Of a stretch of 64,000 nucleotides of DNA, positions 17,960 to 27,052 are shown one piece after another (the first letter of the stretch is position 1; each line of letters starts with the position of its first letter). The notes under the pieces are model-generated. The model was given only the letters and a program-made list of their open reading frames with translations, had not been told where the DNA came from and ran no database searches. The translations under genes were made by a program, and so were the position numbers. The DNA lies in the NCBI GenBank assembly GCA_964613815.1, contig CAZTKG010000006.1:10973-74972 (forward strand), written 5' to 3'. Source of the DNA: an uncultured Gammaproteobacteria bacterium (GTDB lineage: Bacteria; Patescibacteriota; Patescibacteriia; UBA9934).

Positions 17960-18643
17960 TTAGATATGCATAATGTCTATTTCTTTGAATGATCGGGACT
18001 TGAAGCTGTAGAGGGCGGCGGGACGGTTGGCTTGACCTGTTTGTTTGCGGCCGGTGGGTTTGATGAGGTCTAGGGAGAGGAGTTTTCGGCGGAAGTTTCG
18101 TTTGTCTAGTTTTTTGCCGAGGATTGTTTCGTAGGTTGCTTGGAGGTCTGTGAGGGTGAATTCTTTTGGAAGAAGGGACCAGACGATGTTGGTGTAGCCG
18201 AGTTTTGCCTTTAATCGCTTATGCGCGAGTTTGATGACAGTTTTGTGGTCGTAGGCGAGGGGAGGGAGTTTTTTGATGGAGACCCAGCGGACGTCTTTGT
18301 ACTTTTCTGAAGTTTTGAGGGGGTAGCGGCCACTTGGGAGAAGGGCGAAGTAGGTGATGGAGATGACGCGGCCCAGGGGGTCTCGTTTGATGTCGTCGAA
18401 GGTTTGGAGTTGTTCTAAGTATGCTGATTTGACGCCTGTCTGTGCATTTAGGATGCGAATTGTGGCGTCTTTTGATGTTTCGGCTTGTTTGATGAGGCCT
18501 CCTGGAACGGCCCATTTGTCTGTGAATGGGGCGCGTTTCATTTGGATGAGGAGGACTTTGAGGTCATTGTTTTGGACGGTAAAAATGACTGCATCGGCAG
18601 CGATTTTGATGTTTTGTCCGTTCCAATGTTTCGGGGTAGCCAT
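17960..18643 (-). CDS. nrtR: NrtR-family transcriptional regulator (Nudix + winged HTH)
   Basis: AADAVIFT, WAVPGG, YLEQLQTF, RDPLGRVISITY, LAYDH, FTLTDLQATYETILG, LDKRNFRRK, NRPAALY. Confidence 0.93.
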   Translation of the reverse strand: MATPKHWNGQNIKIAADAVIFTVQNNDLKVLLIQMKRAPFTDKWAVPGGLIKQAETSKDATIRILNAQTGVKSAYLEQLQTFDDIKRDPLGRVISITYFALLPSGRYPLKTSEKYKDVRWVSIKKLPPLAYDHKTVIKLAHKRLKAKLGYTNIVWSLLPKEFTLTDLQATYETILGKKLDKRNFRRKLLSLDLIKPTGRKQTGQANRPAALYSFKSRSFKEIDIMHI

Positions 18644-18649
18644 AGGGTG

Positions 18650-18670
18650 TTTGTGTCGTATGTACACAAA
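18650..18670. promoter_or_regulatory. candidate NrtR autoregulatory operator overlapping the nrtR promoter
   Basis: TTTGTGTCGTATGTACACAAA (GT-N7-AC core); the promoter is TTGACA (18696-18691), 17 nt, TG-extended TACTTT (18673-18668). Confidence 0.78.
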
Positions 18671-18799
18671 GTATCATGGGTTTTGGGTGTTGTCAACCTC
18701 TGTAAAGATCAGTAGGGCTAATCCGCGTGGCACGGGAGGGGCTGGTGTTGACAAAGTGTTGGTTTTGTGGTAGTTTTTTGTCGTTCTTTGGAGGTAGAG

Positions 18800-19219
18800 A
18801 TGTCTGGTGATTCTCTTGTGTGCAAGATTGTGATTTCTGGTTCTCGAAAGGGGTTGCAGTATTTCATGTGCCGTGGACATCGTGAGGGAAGTACGACAAC
18901 GCTTGTTACTACGTTTGATTTGACGTTGGCGACGATTGACGTGCTTCTGGATGAGCTTCGTGAAGAGGTGAATGGTCTTTATTGTGATGTAGAGTTCCTA
19001 GAGACTGAGTCGGTGGAGATGTTCCGACGCGAGGCCGCTGCTGATGCGACGAGGAAGGCTGAGGGGGTTGCTCAAGAAGTTGCCAATATTGCACCGGCTG
19101 TATTTCGTCGGATTATGGCTTCTGCTGATTCTTCAACGGCCGTGCGTCTGACCGTCGATGTGACCGTGATGGGCCGTTCGGCGACTCAAACGGTGCAGCT
19201 TTCGGCGCAGAGTATTTAG
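18800..19219 (+). CDS. hypothetical protein
   Basis: TTGACA-17-TAGTTT promoter (18748-18776), GGAGG Shine-Dalgarno, ATG 18800, terminator-like hairpin after the stop. Confidence 0.75.
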   Translation: MSGDSLVCKIVISGSRKGLQYFMCRGHREGSTTTLVTTFDLTLATIDVLLDELREEVNGLYCDVEFLETESVEMFRREAAADATRKAEGVAQEVANIAPAVFRRIMASADSSTAVRLTVDVTVMGRSATQTVQLSAQSI

Positions 19220-19257
19220 TCTCTTCTGATAGCACGCGGTTTCGCGTGTTTTTTTCT

Positions 19258-19409
19258 TTGATACAAAAGTGGTCCGTACGGACCACTTTTGATACAAGGA
19301 GGATGGGGGGGTGTTGTTTGTTTTAGGTAATGAAATATGTGTTTTTTGATTTTTGTATTTGGTTTCTCTCTGTATTTAATATGCTCCGTACGGATTGTTT
19401 TTGTATCAA
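19258..19409. repeat. 25 bp imperfect inverted repeat pair with TCCGTACGGA cores
   Basis: 19258-19282 TTGATACAAAAGTGGTCCGTACGGA versus the reverse complement of 19385-19409, TTGATACAAAAACAATCCGTACGGA. Confidence 0.7.
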
Positions 19410-19515
19410 GGAGGTTGATGGGCGAGTGATGAGGGAGGATTTTTTTGGGATGTGTGATTAGTTGACATTGTGGGATTTTTTTGTTATGTTTTTTTCGTTC
19501 TTTTGAGGAGGGACT

Positions 19516-19995
19516 GTGTACGTTTTTCTTTGTCTTTTGTTTTTGGCTTGTGGATTTGACGGTGGTGATACTGCCTCTGCTGATACGGCGGCGGTGACGG
19601 TCACGATGACGACAGGGAGTGGGTCGACAGGTTCAGTGACGACTTCTTCGACATCTGCTACGACTACTACGCTTGTGACCTCTACGACGTCTGGGACTTC
19701 ATCGACAGGTGGTGTTCCTGAGCGTTATGGTTCTGAGGCGGAGGAGATTCCGCCGGGGACGATGGAATGTTTGTGGGAGTATGTGAAGGCGCAGACGGAG
19801 TACTACTGCGCGGATACGCCGGGGATGTGGGCGTGTCAGGGGTATGCGGATCGTGACGGCGATGGGTATGGGGATGCGAACGACGGGGGGAGTCGGGAGG
19901 ATTACTCGTACATCTGTCCTGGGGAGGAGCTTCGTGAGGGGTACACGCTTGGTCCGGATACGGATCGGGATGACTGGGACGCTTTGGTGCATTGA
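19516..19995 (+). CDS. putative lipoprotein with a Thr/Ser-rich linker and a DxDGDG metal-binding motif
   Basis: LLFLAC lipobox-like signal, T/S tract, DRDGDGYG. Confidence 0.7.
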   Translation: MYVFLCLLFLACGFDGGDTASADTAAVTVTMTTGSGSTGSVTTSSTSATTTTLVTSTTSGTSSTGGVPERYGSEAEEIPPGTMECLWEYVKAQTEYYCADTPGMWACQGYADRDGDGYGDANDGGSREDYSYICPGEELREGYTLGPDTDRDDWDALVH

Positions 19996-20016
19996 TCAGT
20001 GAGATCGTGCGCTTTT

Positions 20017-20427
20017 TTATTTGTTTAGAAATGTTTCAAAAGCTGGATGGAGGTTTGGGATGAGGGATTCGTTTTGATAATTGAGGGGATCGATCCATTT
20101 GAAGGCTGAGTGGTCTTCGGAGAGAGTGACGTTTTGGGTGTTTGATTGGCAGTGGAAGAAGGTTCCGACGATTTGCCACTGTTCACCTCTTACTGTTGGG
20201 CGCCATTCGTTCATGAAGAAGGGGGTTCCGATGGTGACTGTGAGGCTTGTTTCTTCCATGATTTCTCGTTTTAAAGCGTCTAGGAAGTGTTCGCCTGGGT
20301 TTAGGCGGCCTCCTGGGACGTCGAATTGACCTCGGTTTGATGCGTCTTTGTAGGATTGTGATTCTGCGAGGACGAGGATTTTTCCGTTGTGTTCGATAAA
20401 GGCTTTTGTGGCTACGAAGAGGCGCAT
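20017..20427 (-). CDS. NUDIX hydrolase (MutT-like)
   Basis: PGGRLNPGEHFLDALKREIMEETSL Nudix box. Confidence 0.92.
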   Translation of the reverse strand: MRLFVATKAFIEHNGKILVLAESQSYKDASNRGQFDVPGGRLNPGEHFLDALKREIMEETSLTVTIGTPFFMNEWRPTVRGEQWQIVGTFFHCQSNTQNVTLSEDHSAFKWIDPLNYQNESLIPNLHPAFETFLNK

Positions 20428-20512
20428 AGGGGGATTTTTTGATTGTTGATGTCATTATCTTGACATGATTTACTTTATTGTGTAAGTTTTCTTGTTCTTT
20501 TCTGGAGGCGTG

Positions 20513-20890
20513 ATGGGGACGATGATTCGTCTTGGGCGCGCGTCTCAGATTGTGACGTGCGTTGAGTTGACTGGATACTCTTCGGTGACCGTGGGGCTTT
20601 TGATGCGTTCGCGGGTTTCGATCAATGCTGGTTGGGCGTACGACTTTCATTTTTTCTTTCTTCTGAATGGTGAGCGGATTCCGCTTCAGGTGCGAGCTTC
20701 TTGTGACCGGCGTGACCGGCGGAGTTTGCAAGTTGGGTTTCAGCCTATTTGGGAGCAGGTGACGGATCTTGAGCAGGCGGCGCGTGATGGTGTGCTTGAG
20801 CTTCTCATCGTTCATCATTTTCGTGGGGCTTTTCATACTCACCGTGTGTGGGTTGAGGCTCCTGGGGAAGGAGTTCTCTCGGCGTGCTGA
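20513..20890 (+). CDS. hypothetical protein
   Basis: TTGACA promoter at 20460, GGAGG Shine-Dalgarno, open frame. Confidence 0.6.
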   Translation: MGTMIRLGRASQIVTCVELTGYSSVTVGLLMRSRVSINAGWAYDFHFFFLLNGERIPLQVRASCDRRDRRSLQVGFQPIWEQVTDLEQAARDGVLELLIVHHFRGAFHTHRVWVEAPGEGVLSAC

Positions 20891-20922
20891 TGTGCGTCGG
20901 GTTTTTTGATAGAATGGAGGAT

Positions 20923-22293
20923 ATGGGGTTTTTTGATTTTTTGAAGCGTCGGCCGGAGCAGAAAGAAGTAAAGGAGCGAGAGCGGCTTCAGTTTACGAGT
21001 TCTGAGGTCACGGAGGCGAGTTTGGCGCATCCGGATCGGAATGAGGATGCTTCTTTTGTGTCTGCGGAGGATGGATTTATGGTTGTTAGTGATGGAGCCG
21101 GTGGGCATGCTGGAGGGGATGAGGTTAGTCGGCGTATTGTTCAGTCTTTTGCGGAGACGCTTGAGCATGTGCGTGGAGTGGAGCTTGGGGAGGATTCTTT
21201 AGAAAAGGCGAGTGAGCTTTTGGAGATGCAGGTTTTGAAGGCTGCGCAGGATGCGTATACGTTTTCGATGGAGGTGGCGCAGACGCTTGATGATCCTAGG
21301 AAGCGGCCGATGGCGACGGTGATGGCTGGGCGGGTGATTCGGACGGAGCAGGGGATTCGTGCGATTATCAAAAGCGTTGGGGATGGACTTGCGTATGTGC
21401 GGCGAGCGAATGGGGAGGTGGAGCAGGTGCCGATTGTCGAGGATAGTTATGTGGCAATGTATTTTGAGAAGAAGGTGCGGAAGGGGGAGCTTTCTGAGGA
21501 GGATGTGTATCGGATTATGAATTGTTCTAGTCCTTTGGATTTTGATTTTGAGCCGGATTTGGTGAAGGGGGCGCTATTGAAAAAAGAAGCGCAGTTTTAT
21601 TTTAAGAAACGGAATGTTGTCACTGCTTCGCTTGGGAGTGATTTGCCTGATTCGCTGGATGTTCATTCGGCGATTGTGGCGCTGGATACGGGGGATGAGC
21701 TTTTCTTTATGAGTGATGGGGTGGAGAATTTGACGGATGATGAGCGGAAGATGCTTTTGAGTGGTGGGCCGCATTTGCAGTCTCGGGCGGAGGCTTTGAT
21801 GAGTAGTTCTGTTGCGCGGAGTCAGAGTCGGTCGAGGCGGTCGAAGAAGGATGATGTGACGGTGACGGGGCTTGAGGTGCGGGATGTGGTGCATGAGGAG
21901 ATGGAGAAGGCAGCTGCGGTGAATGCGAAGATTGAGCGGTTGCGTGATAGGCAGGAGGTGTTTGCTGGACGTGTGCGGGAGCTTGGAAAGCTTGTGAGAC
22001 GGAAGGGGGCTCGGCCTTTGGAGCGGATGGATTTGTATCAGACGCAGATGCAGCTTGCGGATGTGCAGTATGCGATTGGGAAGGCGCAGTTGGAGCTTTA
22101 TGATGAGGGGACGGATGATAAGCGGGATCAGTTTGAGATTCAGCGGCATAAGGAGACGATGCGGCTTGCGAAAGCGAATCGGACTCGGGCGGAGAATGCG
22201 CTCGGTCGGCTTCAGGGTGCTAGAGATGATGTTGACCGGGTGAAGGCTGATAAGGCTCGGGCGGCTGCGCGGAATGCGAGTAAGGGGGCTTGA
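20923..22293 (+). CDS. PP2C/SpoIIE-like phosphatase with a C-terminal coiled coil
   Basis: RNEDA, VSDGAGGH, SVGDG, MSDG, DDVT. Confidence 0.85.
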   Translation: MGFFDFLKRRPEQKEVKERERLQFTSSEVTEASLAHPDRNEDASFVSAEDGFMVVSDGAGGHAGGDEVSRRIVQSFAETLEHVRGVELGEDSLEKASELLEMQVLKAAQDAYTFSMEVAQTLDDPRKRPMATVMAGRVIRTEQGIRAIIKSVGDGLAYVRRANGEVEQVPIVEDSYVAMYFEKKVRKGELSEEDVYRIMNCSSPLDFDFEPDLVKGALLKKEAQFYFKKRNVVTASLGSDLPDSLDVHSAIVALDTGDELFFMSDGVENLTDDERKMLLSGGPHLQSRAEALMSSSVARSQSRSRRSKKDDVTVTGLEVRDVVHEEMEKAAAVNAKIERLRDRQEVFAGRVRELGKLVRRKGARPLERMDLYQTQMQLADVQYAIGKAQLELYDEGTDDKRDQFEIQRHKETMRLAKANRTRAENALGRLQGARDDVDRVKADKARAAARNASKGA

Positions 22294-22323
22294 TAGATTT
22301 TTTGTAGCTGATAGGATTTTGGC

Positions 22324-23313
22324 ATGCGAATACTTGGAATTGAGTCTAGTTGTGATGAGTCGGCGATTGCTTTGCTTGATGGCAAGGGTGATGATTTGAC
22401 CGTGGTTTCATCGGTTGTTTTGTCGCAGGTTGATATTCATAAGGAATTTGGGGGGATTGTGCCGGAGGTTGCGGCGCGGGAGCATGTGCGGGGGTTGTTG
22501 CCACTTTTTGATGGGGTTGTGGAGCGTGATGGTTCTGATATTGATGCGATTGCTGTGACGCGGGGGCCGGGGCTTAGTACCTCGCTTCAGGTTGGGCTGG
22601 AGACGGCTAAGTCGCTATCATACGTTTGGAATAAGCCTTTGGTTGGGGTAAATCATTTGAAGGGGCATGTGTATTCTGCTTGGCTTGGGGAAGGGGTGCC
22701 GGAGTTTCCTGCGCTTTGTCTTTTGGTGAGTGGGGGGCATACGGAGCTTGTGGTGATGCGAGGACATGGGGATTTTGAGAAAATTGGGTCGACGATTGAT
22801 GATGCGGCTGGGGAGGCGTTTGATAAGGTGGGGAGTATGCTTGGGCTTGAGTATCCTGGGGGGCCGAAGGTTTCGACGTTGGCTGTAGAGGGGGATGAGA
22901 AGGCGTTTGATTTTCCTCGGCCGATGATTGATCGGGATAATTATGATTTTAGTTTTTCTGGGTTGAAGACGTCTGTTTTGTATAAGCTTCGGAAGATGGA
23001 TGATGTGGATGCGGTGCGTGCGGATGTTGCGGCGAGTTTTGAGGAGGCGGTTGTGGATGTGCTTTGTAAGAAGACGTTTCGGGCGATTGAGGAGTTTGGG
23101 GTGAAGAATTTGATTGTGGCTGGTGGGGTGGCGGCGAATCGGAAGTTGCGTGCGCGATTGGTTGATGGGGCGGGGGTTGATGTTTATTTGTCTGAGATGC
23201 AGTATGCGACGGATAATGCGGCGATGATTGCTGCTGCGGGGTATTTTGATTATCTGTCAGGCGTACGTGATGATGCGTTTGATTTAATTATTGATACTAA
23301 TTTGAATTTTTAG
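22324..23313 (+). CDS. tsaD: tRNA threonylcarbamoyltransferase
   Basis: ILGIESSCDE, VPEVAAREH, GPGL, NHLKGH, VSGGHT, DDAAGEAFDK, TDNAAMI. Confidence 0.97.
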   Translation: MRILGIESSCDESAIALLDGKGDDLTVVSSVVLSQVDIHKEFGGIVPEVAAREHVRGLLPLFDGVVERDGSDIDAIAVTRGPGLSTSLQVGLETAKSLSYVWNKPLVGVNHLKGHVYSAWLGEGVPEFPALCLLVSGGHTELVVMRGHGDFEKIGSTIDDAAGEAFDKVGSMLGLEYPGGPKVSTLAVEGDEKAFDFPRPMIDRDNYDFSFSGLKTSVLYKLRKMDDVDAVRADVAASFEEAVVDVLCKKTFRAIEEFGVKNLIVAGGVAANRKLRARLVDGAGVDVYLSEMQYATDNAAMIAAAGYFDYLSGVRDDAFDLIIDTNLNF

Positions 23314-23315
23314 GT

Positions 23316-23762
23316 ATGGAGGTCAAGAAAACATCTAGTTTAGAAGAAACTTGGAGCGTTGCTGAAGATTTTTTGAAGCTGTTGAAGGCTGGAGAGGTTG
23401 TTGGGCTTGTGGGGGATTTGGGAGCTGGGAAGACGGCGTTTGTGCAGGGAATTGTGAAGGCGATGGGAGCTGATGTGCAGGCGAAGAGTCCGACGTTTAC
23501 GTTTGTGCGTGAGTATTCGGTGGATTTTGAGGGGATTAAGAAGGTTGTGCATGCGGATTTTTATCGGCTTGAGGATGCGAAGGGTGTGGAGGCGCTTGCG
23601 ATGCATGATTTGATGGGGGATGATGTGGTGATGTTTGTGGAGTGGGTGAATAAGGTTGAGGAGCATGGGGTGAAGCCGGATTGGATTGTGGAGATTTCGG
23701 GGAGAGATGAAGGAGAACGGGAGATTGGGATTAGGAGGGTTGAAATCGTTGAAAGCGTTTAA
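23316..23762 (+). CDS. tsaE: t6A biosynthesis ATPase
   Basis: GDLGAGKT, SPTF, HADFYRL, VEW. Confidence 0.96.
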   Translation: MEVKKTSSLEETWSVAEDFLKLLKAGEVVGLVGDLGAGKTAFVQGIVKAMGADVQAKSPTFTFVREYSVDFEGIKKVVHADFYRLEDAKGVEALAMHDLMGDDVVMFVEWVNKVEEHGVKPDWIVEISGRDEGEREIGIRRVEIVESV

Positions 23763-23847
23763 AACGTTGATGACAAAAAAGACCCTGGTGGGTCTTTTTT
23801 GGCTTTCGATGATAATGACAGGGTCATTGGCATTGAGAGGCCCCGGG

Positions 23848-24078
23848 TTAGCGGGGGAGGGAGTTGGTGACGATCACTTCGTGGCGCTGGCTGAAGGCCA
23901 GGTTTGCGATGTGACCGAGGAGGGCTCCGGACGCGAGGGCGAGCCAGGAGATTGCCTTGAGGTTTGCGTTGTCGATCTGGATGTCGGCGAGGTTGATGAT
24001 GCCCTGCACGGATCCCAGGAGGACGATACCGAAGGTGAAAGAAAGGATGATCGTACGGGTCAGGTCGTTGGGCTGCAT
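23848..24078 (-). CDS. small membrane protein (two transmembrane helices)
   Basis: 76 aa, two hydrophobic segments, GGAG Shine-Dalgarno. Confidence 0.65.
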   Translation of the reverse strand: MQPNDLTRTIILSFTFGIVLLGSVQGIINLADIQIDNANLKAISWLALASGALLGHIANLAFSQRHEVIVTNSLPR

Positions 24079-24232
24079 TTACTGCTCCAGCTTCAGGTTG
24101 TCAGCGGTTGAATAGTAGCATATTTTTTGGGTTTTGTCAACCGCGTAAAGACAATAAATTGTCCACGTGGCGCGGCCATGTTTGAAAAAAATAGGGCCAA
24201 TGTTGGCTCTATTTTTGGCTCTTTGTTTATAT

Positions 24233-26032
24233 TTATAGTCCTGCTATTCTTTGAATTTCTTCGATTGAAATGTGTCCTTCGTACGCCTTTAGGAGGCCGT
24301 CTTGAGTCATGGTGAGCATGCCTTGTTTTTGGGCAACTTCTTTCATGGCATATTCGGATACCTCGCCGGAGAGGATGAATTTTTCGATGTCGGCGTCTTT
24401 GATAAGGATTTCGTAGATTCCCATTCGGCCTTTGTATCCGGTGTTGTTGCACTTAGGGCAGCCTTTTGCTTTTTTGAATTGTGTTTTTGTGAGGTCTGGT
24501 GGGGTTTCGCCGGATGCTTCTGGGATTGTAGTGAGGAGTTCGGTGATTTTTTTCATGACTTCGGCGTCTGGGGTGTCGGGTTCGCTACATTCTGCGCACA
24601 ATCTGCGCGCGAGGCGCTGTCCCATGATGACGTTGACGGCTGGAGCGAGGAGGAATGGTTTGACGCCCATGGCGTTGAATCGTGGGATGGCTCCGGAGGC
24701 GTCGTTTGTGTGGATGGTGGAGAGGAGGAGGTGACCGGTGAGGGCTGCTTGGATGGCTGTTTCCGCTGTTTCTAGGTCTCGGATCTCACCGACCATGACG
24801 ACGTCTGGGTCTTGGCGGAGAATGGAGCGGAGACCTTTGGCGAAGGTGTATTCTTTGGAGTGGTTTATTTGGCTTTGGTTGAGGCCTTCTACTTTGTATT
24901 CGATTGGGTCTTCTAGAGTGATGATTTTGGTTCCAGCGACGTTTAGTCTGGAAAGGATAGCGTATAGCGTTGTGGTTTTTCCGGATCCTGTTGGTCCGGT
25001 GGTGATGATCATGCCGTGTGGCTTTGAGAATTCTTTTTCTAGACGTTTGAAGGATGCTTCGCGGAATCCAAGGTCGGAGAAGTCTAAGGAGATAGAGTCT
25101 GGATTGAGGATACGCATGACAACAGATTCTCCCCAGGCGGTTGGGAGAGTGGAGGTACGGACGTCGATTTTTTTGCCTTCTGCGTTGATGGTGAATCGAC
25201 CGTCTTGTGGTTTGTCGAGGATGTTCATTTTGAGGCCGGCGACGAGCTTGATGCGGTTGATCATTTTTTTCCACTCGTCTTTGTTGATGGTTGTGATCTC
25301 TTGAAGCATGCCATCGACACGGAATCGCACAGTGATGCCTTTTTCTTCGGCTTCGATGTGGATGTCGGAGGTCTTTACTTTGAGCGCGGCGGCGATGACG
25401 ATGGCGATGATGTCTGTGGTGCTAGCGTCTTTGAGGACGCTGGCAATGTCTGCGAAGCTGTTGATTTTGTCTTGGAATTGTTTAAGTTCCTCTTCTGAGA
25501 TTTCTACGCCTTTTTTGATTTTTTGGATGCGCGGGAGTGTGGAGTAGAGTTTTTTTCCATGTTCTAAACTGTCCTCGGTGATTTGGTAGATTGATCCGTG
25601 TGCCTTGTTACGTTCTGTGAGTTGAAAGAGAAGGTCTTTGATTTCTTGTTTTTGTGGTTCTACAGCGCCAATTCGGATTTCTGGTCCAGTAAAAAGAAAA
25701 CAAATGACTTGTTGTTTTTTGGCGACCATGAATGGAATTTGCGAAAGGGCGTCTGCGGAGATTGGGTACCCTTTGAGGTCGATATATTCGAAGCCGGATG
25801 TTTTTGCTTTGACTTCTGTTTCTTTTTCTTTGCTTGATCGAGTGATGTTTTGCAATTTTGTATCAAGTTCCTCGGTGACGGATGCTTTTGGCGGCGTAGA
25901 TGCTTTTGGTTTGCTTGGTTGTTTGGGAGGGGCTGGCTGTGCGGGTGCTGATGTTGCCTGCTTTTTTTTGAGGAGGTCTTCGATGGATGGGAGTGCGTCT
26001 GACATAGGTTGGGTTACTTGCGTGTGAGCCAT
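24233..26032 (-). CDS. GspE/PilB family type IV pilus assembly ATPase
   Basis: SDIHIE, PQDGRF, GPTGSGKTTT, EDPIEY, LRQDPDVVMVGEIRD, tetracysteine motif. Confidence 0.95.
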   Translation of the reverse strand: MAHTQVTQPMSDALPSIEDLLKKKQATSAPAQPAPPKQPSKPKASTPPKASVTEELDTKLQNITRSSKEKETEVKAKTSGFEYIDLKGYPISADALSQIPFMVAKKQQVICFLFTGPEIRIGAVEPQKQEIKDLLFQLTERNKAHGSIYQITEDSLEHGKKLYSTLPRIQKIKKGVEISEEELKQFQDKINSFADIASVLKDASTTDIIAIVIAAALKVKTSDIHIEAEEKGITVRFRVDGMLQEITTINKDEWKKMINRIKLVAGLKMNILDKPQDGRFTINAEGKKIDVRTSTLPTAWGESVVMRILNPDSISLDFSDLGFREASFKRLEKEFSKPHGMIITTGPTGSGKTTTLYAILSRLNVAGTKIITLEDPIEYKVEGLNQSQINHSKEYTFAKGLRSILRQDPDVVMVGEIRDLETAETAIQAALTGHLLLSTIHTNDASGAIPRFNAMGVKPFLLAPAVNVIMGQRLARRLCAECSEPDTPDAEVMKKITELLTTIPEASGETPPDLTKTQFKKAKGCPKCNNTGYKGRMGIYEILIKDADIEKFILSGEVSEYAMKEVAQKQGMLTMTQDGLLKAYEGHISIEEIQRIAGL

Positions 26033-26997
26033 TTTAGGACTGCTTGCGTTCCGGCTGTGATGCCGTATTGGTTGATTCGTTTGTATAGGTTAACCCAAAC
26101 GGCGTAATTGTACGAGGTGATGAGTCCGATTCCTGCTAAGTAGACGAGGGCTCCGGCGAATGTACTGAGAATGCCGACAGCGACTGATGCTGGCCAGATG
26201 TTTGCGTGTAGCGCTGCGAAGAATGCTGCTGCGGATGGGAGGGCGAGTAGGGCGATGATGAGGGCGAGCGCGAGGAAGAGGATGATGTTTGCGACGAGAA
26301 GGAAGAGGCCGGTTTCCGTGCAGGCGACCCAGTGTGATTTGAATAAATTTGTCGCGTGTTTGATGGCGGTTGTGAGGGGTTTTTCTTTGAGGACGACGGT
26401 AATGAGGGAGAGGGCACCGATGAGATTGATTGTGATGAGGATTGGAATTGAGGTTGCAAAAATGGCGGTGTAGATGAGGCTTGTTGCGGCGGATGTTGTA
26501 CTGATGAAATAGATGGTGATGAGGGCTGCTCCGAGGGTGGTGATTGTGGTGAGGAGGTAGGTGAGAATGTTTATGGTGAGCATTCTGATGACGTGGATGT
26601 GTTTTAGGTTGCTGAGAATTTTTTGAAAAGATGTCTTTGTTGGGTGTTTTTTTGCTCTTGCGACTCCGGTGATGAGGAGTTGCTGTGCGGCGATACCTGC
26701 GCCGGCGATGACGATGGCGAGGATCGTGATAGCTGAAAGGGTGATGATGAGGTTCGAGGTTTGTAGGGTTGAGAGATTCTGGAGGTAGATCGTGGTCCAA
26801 TTTTGATTTGCGATGTTTGAAATTGTGCCTCCGTTTATGATGCTGAGCTGTGAAATTATGGCGTGAAAAATACTTCCGCCGGATAGGGGGATGGAAGCGA
26901 TTGCTCCGATGAGCCAAAGTTCTTTGTGGTTCCATGCGGTTTGCCAAGATGTTTTGAAGATCTTTTTGTAGCTTGCGGCGGATTTACGGATTGGCAT
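26014..26997 (-). CDS. polytopic membrane protein
   Basis: 327 aa with several hydrophobic helices; co-oriented between ftsH and the ATPase. Confidence 0.8.
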   Translation of the reverse strand: MPIRKSAASYKKIFKTSWQTAWNHKELWLIGAIASIPLSGGSIFHAIISQLSIINGGTISNIANQNWTTIYLQNLSTLQTSNLIITLSAITILAIVIAGAGIAAQQLLITGVARAKKHPTKTSFQKILSNLKHIHVIRMLTINILTYLLTTITTLGAALITIYFISTTSAATSLIYTAIFATSIPILITINLIGALSLITVVLKEKPLTTAIKHATNLFKSHWVACTETGLFLLVANIILFLALALIIALLALPSAAAFFAALHANIWPASVAVGILSTFAGALVYLAGIGLITSYNYAVWVNLYKRINQYGITAGTQAVLKWLTRK

Positions 26998-27052
26998 ATG
27001 CGTGGATTATATCATGTGATTTTAAAACACCGCCTTTTGGGCGGTGTTTTAA

